Shown here: piece after piece, positions 1-10,055 of the stretch
How positions within the stretch are numbered: position 1 is the stretch's first letter
Layout of the letters: each line of letters begins with the position of its first letter
Origin: Pseudomonadota bacterium
GTDB lineage: Bacteria; Desulfobacterota; Desulfobacteria; Desulfobacterales; UBA2156
Direction: 5' to 3'
Assembly: GCA_043806755.1 (NCBI GenBank)
Contig: JAZDGS010000013.1
Location: forward strand, 1 to 63,118
Length of the DNA: 63,118 bases
The notes under the pieces: model-generated
Databases searched by the model: none
Seen by the model: the letters and a program-made list of their open reading frames with translations, nothing else
What the model was told of the DNA's origin: nothing
Program-made: the position numbers and the translations under genes

Positions 1-4
1 TTTC

Positions 5-33
5 TTGACTTGACTATGACGTAGCTGTAATGT
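5..33 (+). promoter_or_regulatory. candidate sigma70-type promoter upstream of iorA
   Basis: TTGACT (5-10), 17-nt spacer, TAATGT (28-33). Read by eye, unscored. Confidence 0.25.
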
Positions 34-172
34 AGCTTCAGTTTCGTTTAAACGGGTCAACTTTTGGCCCCTCAAGCCCTCTGGGATGAAGAAACGTAAC
101 CGAATCCATCGTCCTTTGCAATGATTTAAAACAGGTTTTTGCAATACGATAACCGACACTGAGGAAAACATC

Positions 173-2032
173 ATGCACAAATTACTCACGGATCAGGTAG
201 GTGAAAAAATGCTGCTTCTCGGCAACGAAGCCATCGCCCGGGGAGCCATCGAAGCAGGAGTTGCCTTTACCAGCACGTATCCCGGGACGCCTTCTTCGGA
301 AATATCGCTCAATTTTTTCCAGATTTCTCAGGAAAGCGATCTCTATTTTGAATACAGCATCAATGAAAAGGTGGCGATGGAAATGGCGGCGGCGGCGGCC
401 AATTGCGGGCTCCGTAGCATGGTCGTCATGAAGCATGTGGGAGTAAATGTTGCCGCCGATGTCCTGATGACCCTTGCCTATGTCGGTGTCAAGGGAGGGA
501 TGGTGGTTCTGACCGCCGACGACCCGTCCATGTTTTCAAGTCAAAACGAACAGGACAATCGATACTACGGAAAATTGTCGGGCCTGCCGGTGATAGAACC
601 CTCTTCCGTTGAGGAAGCAAAGGAAATGGTTCCTTATGCGTTTGAGATTTCCGAAACGCTCAAAGAACCCGTTATCATGAGGACCACCACCCGTATCAAC
701 CATTCCAATGCGATCGTGACCTTGGGTCCGATCAGACCCCGCATCACCATTGGGGATTTTCAGAAAGACCCGTTCAATCTGGTACCCATACCTGCGGTCT
801 CAAGAAAGCTTCATGCCAAACTTCTCGGTAACATCGAAAAAGCAGCCGAGTTGTCCGAGCATTCCCCGTATAATTTCATTTCGGGAAACGGCCCGTGGGG
901 GATCATCTGCAACGGAGTGAGCTACAACTACGTCGACGATGCCGTTACCGATCTCGGGATCCGCAATAAGGCAAGGATCCTTCGTATCGGGTTCTCCCAT
1001 CCGATGCCGACCGATCGCATCACATCCTTTCTGAAAGGATGTGAAAAAGTGCTGGTCGTGGAAGAAGGCGAGCCGTTTATGGAAGAAGCCGTCAGGTCAA
1101 TCGCGCAGGAGGATGGGGTTACCATTCCGATTAAAGGGAAAGCCAAGGGCCTTTTTTCAAGGCTATTTGAACTTGATCCGGGTCAGGTGCGAAAGGGGAT
1201 CGCCTCCTTTTTCAGCGTACCCTATACGCCGCCGGTGTTGCCCGTCCTTTCGGATATTCCGGAAATCCCCCAGCGACCGCCCAACCTCTGTGCCGGATGT
1301 TCACACCGTGCCACCTATTATGCGGTTAAAAAGGCGGCGGAGGGGATGGAGACCATTTACCCCACCGATATCGGCTGCTATACGCTGGGCGTGCTCCCAC
1401 CCCTCTCCATGGCGGATTTCCTGTTGTGCATGGGTTCATCGGTGGACACTTCCGGAGGATTTTCGAAAGTCACGAATAAAAAAGTCATCTCTTTCATCGG
1501 AGACTCCACCTTTTTCCATTCAGGAATTCCGGGGCTTGTGAATGCCATTTTCAACAATCACAATTTCACACTGGTGATCCTGGATAACGGCATTACGGCA
1601 ATGACCGGCCATCAACCCCATCCCGGAGTGGACATGACCCTGTTGAACCTGCAGGGATACGGAAGGGTCTCCATAGAAGATGTAGTCAAAGGGATCGGCG
1701 TCAAACATGTGACCAAAATCAAACCGTACAAGGTCAAAAAAAGCATTGAAGCTATAAAGGAAGCATTACATTTCAAGGGAGTTTCAGTCGTCATCTCTGA
1801 AGAGATGTGCGTTCTATATGCTAAAAGCCTCAAATTGGCCAAGGGTAAACCGTTCCGGGTGAGTGATAAATGCGCCAACCACCGGACCTGTTTGAGCATT
1901 GCATGCCCTGCATTTTATGTATGGAAGGATCGGGTGAACATCGACCCTGATCTTTGCACAGGATGTTCGGTGTGCGCCCAAATCTGCCCGGAGAATGCCA
2001 TTCTGCCGTTGAAAGACAAAAAAAGCGGCTAA
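173..2032 (+). CDS. iorA: indolepyruvate (arylpyruvate):ferredoxin oxidoreductase, alpha subunit
   Basis: 619-aa ORF. 2-oxoacid:ferredoxin oxidoreductase-type N-terminus (GNEAIARGAIEAGV, TSTYPGTPSSE), TPP-binding region (GDSTFFHSG...DNGITAMTGHQ) and C-terminal 4Fe-4S motif CTGCSVCAQICP. Followed directly by iorB. Confidence 0.85.
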   Translation: MHKLLTDQVGEKMLLLGNEAIARGAIEAGVAFTSTYPGTPSSEISLNFFQISQESDLYFEYSINEKVAMEMAAAAANCGLRSMVVMKHVGVNVAADVLMTLAYVGVKGGMVVLTADDPSMFSSQNEQDNRYYGKLSGLPVIEPSSVEEAKEMVPYAFEISETLKEPVIMRTTTRINHSNAIVTLGPIRPRITIGDFQKDPFNLVPIPAVSRKLHAKLLGNIEKAAELSEHSPYNFISGNGPWGIICNGVSYNYVDDAVTDLGIRNKARILRIGFSHPMPTDRITSFLKGCEKVLVVEEGEPFMEEAVRSIAQEDGVTIPIKGKAKGLFSRLFELDPGQVRKGIASFFSVPYTPPVLPVLSDIPEIPQRPPNLCAGCSHRATYYAVKKAAEGMETIYPTDIGCYTLGVLPPLSMADFLLCMGSSVDTSGGFSKVTNKKVISFIGDSTFFHSGIPGLVNAIFNNHNFTLVILDNGITAMTGHQPHPGVDMTLLNLQGYGRVSIEDVVKGIGVKHVTKIKPYKVKKSIEAIKEALHFKGVSVVISEEMCVLYAKSLKLAKGKPFRVSDKCANHRTCLSIACPAFYVWKDRVNIDPDLCTGCSVCAQICPENAILPLKDKKSG

Positions 2033-2095
2033 GTCGTCGGAACATTTTTCCGTTATTTTATCGACGGACTATTAACGCATACAGGATAAAAACAG

Positions 2096-2689
2096 ATGAA
2101 CACAACCAGATTGATCATCGTCGCGGTCGGCGGGCAAGGGAACCTGCTCACATCCCGGGTTCTAGGAGAAGCAGCGCTTTTAGCCAACCTCCCGGTTCGA
2201 ATGAGTGAAATCCACGGCATGGCCCAGAGGGGAGGCGTTGTGGAATCGGCGATTGTATTTGGAGATGCCAAAAGTACTATCATATCGGATGGCGAGGCGG
2301 ATGTGCTGATGGGCTTCGAGCCTTCGGAAACGCTCAGAGCCATAAACAAATGCAATTCAAACACCACTGTAATCACAAACCTGTCTCCGCTCATGCCCTT
2401 TACCGTCAACATCGGGAGAGGGATTTACCCGGATCTGGGGGAAATGCAGGATCTGATCCGCAAAAAAACGGCTAAACTGATCGCGTTCAATGCAACAGCT
2501 CTGGCAAAAGAGGCAGGGAATACGATGGCCGTCAATATGGTCCTTTTGGGTGCTCTGATTCAGACCAAAACCATCCCGCTGAGCGTCGAAAACGTCAAAG
2601 AGGCCATGAAAACGACGACCAAAAAGGCATTTTTAGACATCAACTTGAAGGCTTTTGATCTGGGCTTCTCAGCAGCTGCAGCCGGCTAG
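2096..2689 (+). CDS. iorB: indolepyruvate:ferredoxin oxidoreductase, beta subunit
   Basis: 197-aa ORF 64 nt after iorA. N-terminal IIVAVGGQGNLL loop. Size and position typical of IorB (POR gamma-like domain). Confidence 0.8.
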   Translation: MNTTRLIIVAVGGQGNLLTSRVLGEAALLANLPVRMSEIHGMAQRGGVVESAIVFGDAKSTIISDGEADVLMGFEPSETLRAINKCNSNTTVITNLSPLMPFTVNIGRGIYPDLGEMQDLIRKKTAKLIAFNATALAKEAGNTMAVNMVLLGALIQTKTIPLSVENVKEAMKTTTKKAFLDINLKAFDLGFSAAAAG

Positions 2690-2726
2690 CACATAATTTT
2701 GACATTACCCGAAAAGGAGGAAAGCA

Positions 2727-4028
2727 ATGCCCTGGGATGATGAATTTGAATGTATGCCCCTTGAGAAACTTCAACGGTTTCAGCTTAAAAAATTCAAGGA
2801 AACTCTGGCCTGGGTTTATGAAAAGATCCCGTTCTATCGGAAGAAATTTGATGAAAAAGGGGTCGGGCCTCAAGATATCAAACATCTGGAGGATATCCAC
2901 AAACTCCCGATGACCATCAAAAACGATTTAAGAGACAACTATCCGTTCGGACTGTGTGCGGTTCCGATGAATCAGGTCGTCCGGATTCATGCCTCATCAG
3001 GTACGACCGGGAAACCGATCACCGGCCCTTATACGAAAGAAGATCTGGAACAATGGACCGAGTGTATGGCAAGAAATCTTTTTTCGGCCGGCATCCGTCC
3101 GGGTGATATGGTTCAGAATGCCTATGGACACGGGCTTTTTACCGGAGGGCTGGGATTTCATCAGGGGGCCACACGGCTGGGATGCACCGTCGTCCCGACG
3201 GGTTCGGGCATGACCGAGCGGCAGATCACCTTATTAAAGGACTTCGGAGCAAAAGCCTTGTTCTGCACACCCAGCTACGCTCTTACCATCGCCGAACGGT
3301 CAGAAGAGATGAAAGCGGATATCCGTTCCCTTCCGGTCTCGATCGGCGTGTTTGGCGCCGAACCCTGGACCATCGGCATTCGGGATGAGATCGAACACCG
3401 GATGGGAATCAAGGCCATGGAGGCATACGGACTGACTGAGCTGAGCGGTCCGGGCGTTGCTTTTGATTGCGAGGCTCAGGACGGGCTTCACATCAACGAA
3501 GATCATTTTCTGGCTGAAATCGTGGATCCGGTCACATTGGAACCGCTTCCGTTGGGAGAAAAAGGGGAGCTTATCTTTACTTCCCTTCAACGCCGAGCCA
3601 TGCCCATGATCCGTTACAGGACCAAGGATATCACCCGATTTAGACGGGAAACGTGTGATTGCGGACGAACGTTCCTTAAAATGGATAAAATATTCGGACG
3701 CTCGGACGACATGCTCATTATCAGCGGGGTCAATGTCTTCCCGTCTCAGATCGAAGCGCTCCTGCTCGATATTCAGGAAGTGGAACCTCAATATGTATTG
3801 GTGGTCGGGAAAAAAGGTCACCTTGACCATCTTGCCGTTAAAGTGGAGGCAAAGCCAGGAGTCATCGAAGCGGGCGAGCAAAAAAAAGCCGAGGTTGAAA
3901 AAAAGATATCCAACCATATCCGCGGAATGATGGGAATCGGAGTTAAAATCGAGCTGGTGGCACCAAAAACCATAACCCGCAGCGAAGGAAAAGCGATGCG
4001 CGTGATTGATCAAAGGCCAAAGGGTTGA
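2727..4028 (+). CDS. paaK: phenylacetate-CoA ligase family (aryl-acetate CoA ligase)
   Basis: 433 aa. SSGTTGKP adenylation motif, PaaK-like length and N-terminus. The iorAB-paaK arrangement is known from anaerobes. Confidence 0.85.
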   Translation: MPWDDEFECMPLEKLQRFQLKKFKETLAWVYEKIPFYRKKFDEKGVGPQDIKHLEDIHKLPMTIKNDLRDNYPFGLCAVPMNQVVRIHASSGTTGKPITGPYTKEDLEQWTECMARNLFSAGIRPGDMVQNAYGHGLFTGGLGFHQGATRLGCTVVPTGSGMTERQITLLKDFGAKALFCTPSYALTIAERSEEMKADIRSLPVSIGVFGAEPWTIGIRDEIEHRMGIKAMEAYGLTELSGPGVAFDCEAQDGLHINEDHFLAEIVDPVTLEPLPLGEKGELIFTSLQRRAMPMIRYRTKDITRFRRETCDCGRTFLKMDKIFGRSDDMLIISGVNVFPSQIEALLLDIQEVEPQYVLVVGKKGHLDHLAVKVEAKPGVIEAGEQKKAEVEKKISNHIRGMMGIGVKIELVAPKTITRSEGKAMRVIDQRPKG

Positions 4029-4077
4029 TATAAAACCGTTCTTTGGAAATACCGTATCCATAAATGATCGACGACAA

Positions 4078-4111
4078 ATGGCCGGCCTTAAAGAGTCGGC
4101 CATTGTTTTTT
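4078..4111 (+). terminator. rho-independent terminator after paaK
   Basis: ATGGCCG (4078-4084) pairs with CGGCCAT (4097-4103) across a 12-nt loop, followed by TGTTTTTT. It overlaps the first ATG of the next ORF, arguing for a later start. Confidence 0.6.
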
Positions 4112-4226
4112 GCAAAAGATCTTGTACAAAGGATTGAAAAGCGGATATAAAATAAGATTTGAAGGATTGGTTCCACTTGGTTCCGGCTTCATGTTCAGCG
4201 AAAGCGCAGGACTGGTAAGACAGAAA

Positions 4227-6203
4227 ATGGCATCTCAAAAACCCATACGAGCCGGCCGGTTAAGGGATCTTACTGAAAAACGCCAAAACAGTAAAAGCAA
4301 AGCCCTGCCGTCCAAAGCAGACGACCTCAAGTTTTATAGTGAACGATATCGGGTCTTCATCGAGGATGTGGCAGACGGGTTTTATGAAACCGACCTGAAG
4401 GGTAATTTCACCTTTTTCAACAACGCCTTGTGCCGTATTTTCGGTTATGGTCCCGAAGAAATTCAAAACCGGAACTTCAGGAAGTTCATGGATGAAAAAA
4501 ATGCCAAATCCGCCTATGAGAACATAAACAAGGTTTATCGTACCGGAAAGGGAATTACCGATATCATCTGGGAAATCATCCGGAAGGACGGCGAAACCCG
4601 AATCCTTGAAATCTCCTCCAACCTGATCCGTAATGAAAACTGGAAAAAAATCGGCTTTAGGGGAATCGCACGGGATGTCACAGCGGAAAAGAAAGCGGCC
4701 CGATCCAATCAGGCCCTTTACCAAATCGCCGTAGCCCTTCAACGATCCCGGATGCTGGATGAACGGCTCGAGTACATCGTTCAGAAAATCCGGGAACTCC
4801 TCGGTGTCGAGGGCGCTTCGGTAATACTGATTGACAAAGAAAAAAAGGAATTCTACTTTCGAGTCGCCGATTATGAGGACATGGAAACCGGCCGGAAAAT
4901 GGAAGAGATCCGGTTCCCCCTCAATAAGGGGGTGGCCGGCAGCGTCTATCGTTCCGGGAAACCGGTGATCGTTCCGGATACGTCCAGAAACCCTGACTTT
5001 TTCAATGTCGTGGATCAGCAATCCGGCTATCAAACGAAAAACATGCTGGATGTCCCCATTTGGGTTCAGGACCGGATGATCGGGGTTTTGTGCGCGGTCA
5101 ACAAAAAGGACGGAAGTTTTACCCGCCGGGATATCGAACTCCTGAGCACCATCGGCAACACCGTGGCCTTTCCTATCGAAAACGCCAGAATCAACGAAGA
5201 GCTGAAACGATCGTATGAAGAAGTCAAAAGCCTCAATAATGCCAAAGACAACATCATTCACCACCTCTCGCACGAACTGAAAACTCCGGTCTCAATCCTG
5301 AGCGCATCCTTGAGTCTGTTGCAAAAAAAAATCGATCCGATCGAGGATAAAAGCCGGGAACGGATCATGGAGCGGGCACAGCGGAATTTGAATCGGATCC
5401 TGGAGATGCAATATGAAATCGAAGACATCCTCCAGGATAAGGAATACAAGGCCCATTTCATGCTCTCAACCCTTCTGGAAGCCTGCACGGATGAACTGGA
5501 AGCCCTCATCGAATCCGAGCATTTCGACATTCGGAATGCTTCTTCTAAAAAGACGAGTACCGGAATGGACTCTCTGATTCTTCGATTGCGGCGCCGTATC
5601 GAAGAGCTTTTTGGACCCCGTCAATCGACTCCGGAAAAGATATACCTGAATCAGTTTGTAAAAGAGTTGATCAAGAAACTGCGCCCTAAGTTCACCCACC
5701 GTAAATGCCGTCTGGTCGCCCGTTATGAAACCGTAGCGCCCGTATGGATACCGGCGGACGTGCTGACCAAGACGGTAGAGGGGATCATCCGCAATGCCGT
5801 GGAAAATACACCTGATGGAAGCCGCATCGAAATTGCGGTTCGCAGCCGGGAAAAAGGCCCAGAACTTTCAGTGAAAGACCATGGCGTTGGAATGACGACG
5901 GAAAAACAGCGACTCGTCTTTCAAAACCACTTTGTGACGTACAACACCCAACAGTATTCAACCCGGAAGCCGTACGATTTCAACGCCGGCGGAAAAGGGT
6001 TTGATCTGCTCAGGATGAAAATTTTCTCGGAGCGCTACCATTTTACATTGAACGCGACTTCCGAGCGTTGCCGTTTTATCCCTCTTGACTCCGATATCTG
6101 CCCCGGCAACGTGAAGAACTGCATCTATTGCAAAAGCGATAAGGACTGTCTTGGTTCCGGAGGAACGACGATAACCATTCAATTTGCACCGATGAGTCAC
6201 TGA
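4227..6203 (+). CDS. sensor histidine kinase with PAS and GAF domains and a Cys-rich insert in the ATPase domain
   Basis: ORF 4110-6203. PAS-like region (FYETDLKGNFTFFNNALCRIFGY), GAF-like region, H-box HHLSHELKTPVS, N-box RNAVENTPDG, G1 DHGVGM. Start is uncertain (4191 or 4227) because the terminator overlaps 4110. Confidence 0.8.
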   Translation: MASQKPIRAGRLRDLTEKRQNSKSKALPSKADDLKFYSERYRVFIEDVADGFYETDLKGNFTFFNNALCRIFGYGPEEIQNRNFRKFMDEKNAKSAYENINKVYRTGKGITDIIWEIIRKDGETRILEISSNLIRNENWKKIGFRGIARDVTAEKKAARSNQALYQIAVALQRSRMLDERLEYIVQKIRELLGVEGASVILIDKEKKEFYFRVADYEDMETGRKMEEIRFPLNKGVAGSVYRSGKPVIVPDTSRNPDFFNVVDQQSGYQTKNMLDVPIWVQDRMIGVLCAVNKKDGSFTRRDIELLSTIGNTVAFPIENARINEELKRSYEEVKSLNNAKDNIIHHLSHELKTPVSILSASLSLLQKKIDPIEDKSRERIMERAQRNLNRILEMQYEIEDILQDKEYKAHFMLSTLLEACTDELEALIESEHFDIRNASSKKTSTGMDSLILRLRRRIEELFGPRQSTPEKIYLNQFVKELIKKLRPKFTHRKCRLVARYETVAPVWIPADVLTKTVEGIIRNAVENTPDGSRIEIAVRSREKGPELSVKDHGVGMTTEKQRLVFQNHFVTYNTQQYSTRKPYDFNAGGKGFDLLRMKIFSERYHFTLNATSERCRFIPLDSDICPGNVKNCIYCKSDKDCLGSGGTTITIQFAPMSH

Positions 6204-6222
6204 TGACATCTTTCACAAACAC

Positions 6223-7086
6223 ATGATCAATCAATTAAAATGGATTGCGGCGATGAACGACAAACAACACAACCATGAACAGCCAAACAAACGGTTTGAG
6301 ATTTCTCAGCCTTTCTTTCGGGAAATCGAAATTCAATTTCTCATTCATGAAATGAAAGACCCGATTTCCATCATCGAAACCGGGTTAAGAACCGTTCTCG
6401 ACCGAAAGGATAAATTCGGCTCCCTTTCCGTCCAGCAGGAAAAGACCCTAAAGCGGACTCTGAGGAACACGGTCAAGGCGCGAGAAATGTTAAATGGACT
6501 TCTCGAAATCGGACGATCCGAGTCAGGCGTCTGCTTTTCCTGTCAGTTCGATCCCGCCAAAACAATTTTACAGGTGCTTGCGGATGCTTTGGAAACCCAG
6601 GCCGATATTTCTTTCGGGGATTTCAACACGGCCGGAAATCAGGAGAGGCTGATTCGAATTCTCGAAACAAATGGAATTACAATTTCTATTTCTCCTCAGA
6701 TCGGTCAAATGGAAATGTGCCAGGACGAAAACCGGTTCAAACAAATATTCGGCAACCTGATCAAAAACGCCCTCTACCACCGAAAAAAATCGATTCACAT
6801 CCAGATCAACCGGGCCGATGACTCGCTTCAACTGGAAGTAACGGACGACGGGCCCGGTATCGACCCCCAGCACCATGAACTTGTTTTTCGTCGCTACGCT
6901 CAGATCATGGACTCAACCGTCGGAATGCCTCGAAAAGGGCATGGTTTGGGGCTTGCCGGCGCACTCATCATGGCACGGTCGCTGGGAGGCGATATCCACC
7001 TTCGAAGCAAGCTGGGATGCGGCGCCACCTTTGTACTAGTACTCCCCATGACACTGAAAAACGGTTCTCAAACCCCATTGGATTAA
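6223..7086 (+). CDS. soluble histidine kinase (HisKA + HATPase only)
   Basis: 287 aa. H-box IHEMKDPISIIE, N-box NLIKNALYH, G1 DDGPGI, G2 GHGLGLAG. No transmembrane or sensor domain visible. Confidence 0.75.
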   Translation: MINQLKWIAAMNDKQHNHEQPNKRFEISQPFFREIEIQFLIHEMKDPISIIETGLRTVLDRKDKFGSLSVQQEKTLKRTLRNTVKAREMLNGLLEIGRSESGVCFSCQFDPAKTILQVLADALETQADISFGDFNTAGNQERLIRILETNGITISISPQIGQMEMCQDENRFKQIFGNLIKNALYHRKKSIHIQINRADDSLQLEVTDDGPGIDPQHHELVFRRYAQIMDSTVGMPRKGHGLGLAGALIMARSLGGDIHLRSKLGCGATFVLVLPMTLKNGSQTPLD

Positions 7087-7125
7087 GGACCCCGGATCCA
7101 GCAATTTCTAAACCGAGCGATTCTC

Positions 7126-8985
7126 ATGCCTGAAACAGAACCTATTCCGGAAAACGGAAATCCGCTCTTCGCAGCTCCGGTCGTTGAAGTCCGGCGTAAC
7201 TCAAATGGCGGCATGAAGCTATGCTCTCCCCAGACCTTAAACCCCTATCCGCGCCATCTCCTTGAAAGGCTTTATGGTTGGGCGAAAGAGACGCCGGATC
7301 GGACCTTTATCGCCGAAAGAGGTTCAGACGGAAAATGGAACCGCATCACTTATCACCAAACGCTGCAAATCGTCAGATCCATTTCGCAAGCCCTGCTGGA
7401 CCGGCAACTGACCCCTCAAACACCTGTAGCCATTCTTTCGGAAAACAGCGTCGATCACGCCCTATTGCTGCTCGGATGCATGCAGATCGGTGTTCCGCCG
7501 GCCCCTATCTCTCCCGCCTACTCATTGGTTTCCAAAGACTTCGAAAAGCTTAAAGCCGTTTTTCAGGCCCTTTCTCCGGCAGTCGTATTCGCTTCCGACG
7601 GGAAACGGTTTGAAACCGCCCTGTCGGTTTTGGATTTGAAAAAAGCGGAGATCATTTTAAGTAAAAATCCGATCAGCGTAATGAAAGCCACTCCTTTTTC
7701 GGATTTGACTAAAACTCCGGATACCTCTTCGGTGGACGACGCGTTTATGCGATTGGCACCGGAAAGCGTAGCCAAAATCCTGTTTACTTCCGGATCCACG
7801 GGGATCCCCAAAGGCGTGATCAATACTCAACGGATGATTTGCTCCAACCAGCAGGCCATTCTTCAGGTATGGCCGTTTCTGTCCGAACGGGCTCCCGTCA
7901 TCGTCGATTGGCTCCCTTGGAGCCATACGTTCGGAGGGAATCAAAACTTCAACATGGTTCTTTTTAACGGCGGAACCCTATACATCGATGACGGGAAACC
8001 GGTTCCGGGGCTCATTGAACGGACCGTCGAAAATCTCATAGACATCCACCCCACCCTTTATTTCAATGTCCCCCGGGGGTTTGACGCCCTGCTCCCTTTT
8101 CTGGAAAAAAACGATCCCCTTCGAAAACGATTTTTCAAGAATTTGGATCTCATTTTTTACGCCGGGGCCGCACTTCCCCAGCATCTCTGGGAGCGCCTTG
8201 AAACGCTTTCCATAAAAACGCGGGGTAAAAAAATCCCGATCCTTTCAGGGTGGGGGGCTACCGAAACAGCACCGATGGTCACCATCGGACATTTTTTCAG
8301 CAACAGGGCCGGTCTGATCGGCCTCCCCGGACCCGGATCCACCCTGAAGATGGTTCCAAACGGCGATAAGCTTGAAATGCGGATCAAAGGACCGAATGTG
8401 ACGCCCGGATACTGGGGGAACCCCGAACTGACCCGGCTCGCTTTCGACGAAGAGGGTTTTTATTGCACCGGAGATGCCGGAAGGCTGGTTGACCCCGATC
8501 ATCCGGAAAAGGGGATCCTTTTCGACGGCCGAGTCGCAGAGGATTTCAAATTGTTGACCGGCACCTGGGTCCATGCCGGAATCCTACGCCTGGCTGTCAT
8601 CGCCGCCTTGAGCCCGGTAGTTTCGGATGTGGTGATCACCGGTCACGATGCCGATACGATCGGCGCGCTCCTGTTTCCCAACATCGACGGATGCCAAACG
8701 GTATTCCGGAAAAAGATCAAAGCCCGTCATCCATCGGACCTGATCCGCCTTCCGGAACTCAGCGAATATGTGAAAATTCGCATCCGGGCCTACAACGCCC
8801 AACATCCCGCCGGCAGCACCCGGATATCCCGATTGCTCTTTCTATCCGAGCCGCCGGACATCGACGCCGATGAAATCACGGACAAAGGATACATCAATCA
8901 ACGAGCGGTGCTGACACGCCGGGCCGAATTCGTCAATCGCATGTATAACGCCGGGCCGGATGACCAGGATGTCATCGTCCCTTAA
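7126..8985 (+). CDS. AMP-dependent acyl-CoA synthetase (feruloyl-CoA-synthase-like long form)
   Basis: 619 aa. [15 protein letters not shown]-binding motif, GWGATET, TGD...GRxxEDFKL pattern. Confidence 0.75.
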   Translation: MPETEPIPENGNPLFAAPVVEVRRNSNGGMKLCSPQTLNPYPRHLLERLYGWAKETPDRTFIAERGSDGKWNRITYHQTLQIVRSISQALLDRQLTPQTPVAILSENSVDHALLLLGCMQIGVPPAPISPAYSLVSKDFEKLKAVFQALSPAVVFASDGKRFETALSVLDLKKAEIILSKNPISVMKATPFSDLTKTPDTSSVDDAFMRLAPESVAKILFTSGSTGIPKGVINTQRMICSNQQAILQVWPFLSERAPVIVDWLPWSHTFGGNQNFNMVLFNGGTLYIDDGKPVPGLIERTVENLIDIHPTLYFNVPRGFDALLPFLEKNDPLRKRFFKNLDLIFYAGAALPQHLWERLETLSIKTRGKKIPILSGWGATETAPMVTIGHFFSNRAGLIGLPGPGSTLKMVPNGDKLEMRIKGPNVTPGYWGNPELTRLAFDEEGFYCTGDAGRLVDPDHPEKGILFDGRVAEDFKLLTGTWVHAGILRLAVIAALSPVVSDVVITGHDADTIGALLFPNIDGCQTVFRKKIKARHPSDLIRLPELSEYVKIRIRAYNAQHPAGSTRISRLLFLSEPPDIDADEITDKGYINQRAVLTRRAEFVNRMYNAGPDDQDVIVP

Positions 8986-9014
8986 ACGCCGAATACCAAT
9001 TTCGCCATGATTGT

Positions 9015-9044
9015 GAAGCTCCCCGCTCTAAAGAGCGGGGCTTC
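9015..9044. repeat. REP-like GC-rich hairpin (family copy 1)
   Basis: GAAGCTCCCCGCTC-TAAA-GAGCGGGGCTTC. Related to the copy at 49735-49762 in the opposite orientation. Confidence 0.6.
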
Positions 9045-9073
9045 CCGGTAAGGAAAATATCTATTTCAGATAG

Positions 9074-9114
9074 CTTCCCTTGACCCCGCCTGAAAAGGCG
9101 GGGCTTGCGGGAAG
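9074..9114. repeat. REP-like nested hairpin
   Basis: CTTCCC..CCCCGCC-TGAAAA-GGCGGGG..GGGAAG nested inverted repeats between convergent genes. May also act as a terminator. Confidence 0.55.
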
Positions 9115-9168
9115 CGGGCCGGTCAATACGGCATCGGCCTTGAACTCAATTTGACCGCCTAGTTTTTG

Positions 9169-10053
9169 CTAAAGGGTGAATCTCGATGGCTGAGTTCGAA
9201 AGGTTTCTAAGGAGATATGTTTTCCTTCGATCTGGGCGGCTGCTGCAATAGAGGCAATTTCGGCGGATGATCCGATATTTTTTCCCTTAAAAAACCTGTG
9301 GAACAGATACATCGAGAAAAAAACATCCCCGGCCCCGGTCGGATCCCCCGGCTTTATGGCCTGCTTTGCTCTGAATCGGACCTCTTCCCCGCTCTTGTTC
9401 CTGACATACCCCCCATCGGCTCCTGAGGTGACCACCACTTCGTCAATATCGAATTTCTCCACCAGCTCATTAAGGTTGAAGCCGAAAAATTCGAGCACCA
9501 GTTGAATTTCATCCCGGTCTCCCTTAATGATTGATGAAATAAAAAGAGCATCCGCGATCAGATCCGAAACCCTTGGAAAAATCCTGTTTCCGATTTTTTT
9601 CCGCACATATCCCGGAATAACCAATACCGTACAAAACTCATTTTCCTTAAGATAGGTCAGAACGCGGGGATCGACATCGCGGGGATGAAGCGGGCCAAGA
9701 TGTATCAAATCAGCCTTATCAGGGATCCCTGAAATCTGAGAGGCCCCGATGGGTCGGGCGGTTGATGAGACGACTTGCGTCCGTTCTTCACCTTCGATCC
9801 GGTTGACAAAGCAGGTGGTTTGAGGGGTCTTGTTGCTGCAAACAAAAATCCCTTCCTTTTCCAGTTGTTCAATGATCCGGCGGTCACTCCACGCCACATT
9901 GGTGGCCACCCAAACGTTAAGTCCACATCTCTTATAAGTCACGCCCGCATAGGCGGTCACCCCTCCTAATTTATGGATGCATTTGTTACCGATCCGGATT
10001 TCATCCATTGTCGTCGAACCGACGACGATAACGGTTGAATGGTTTAAACTCAT
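9169..10053 (-). CDS. PfkB-family carbohydrate/nucleoside kinase
   Basis: 294 aa. C-terminal DPTGAGDVF motif typical of the ribokinase/PfkB fold. Confidence 0.75.
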   Translation of the reverse strand: MSLNHSTVIVVGSTTMDEIRIGNKCIHKLGGVTAYAGVTYKRCGLNVWVATNVAWSDRRIIEQLEKEGIFVCSNKTPQTTCFVNRIEGEERTQVVSSTARPIGASQISGIPDKADLIHLGPLHPRDVDPRVLTYLKENEFCTVLVIPGYVRKKIGNRIFPRVSDLIADALFISSIIKGDRDEIQLVLEFFGFNLNELVEKFDIDEVVVTSGADGGYVRNKSGEEVRFRAKQAIKPGDPTGAGDVFFSMYLFHRFFKGKNIGSSAEIASIAAAAQIEGKHISLETFRTQPSRFTL

Positions 10054-10055
10054 CG

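Noticed and set aside
3300-5273. Long antisense ORFs (3300-4238, 312 aa; 4260-5273, 337 aa) opposite paaK and the PAS-GAF kinase
   Set aside because: They mirror well-supported genes and their translations are low-complexity (Arg/Gly/Pro/Phe-rich) without any motif. Open antisense frames of this kind are typical of genes with strong codon periodicity.
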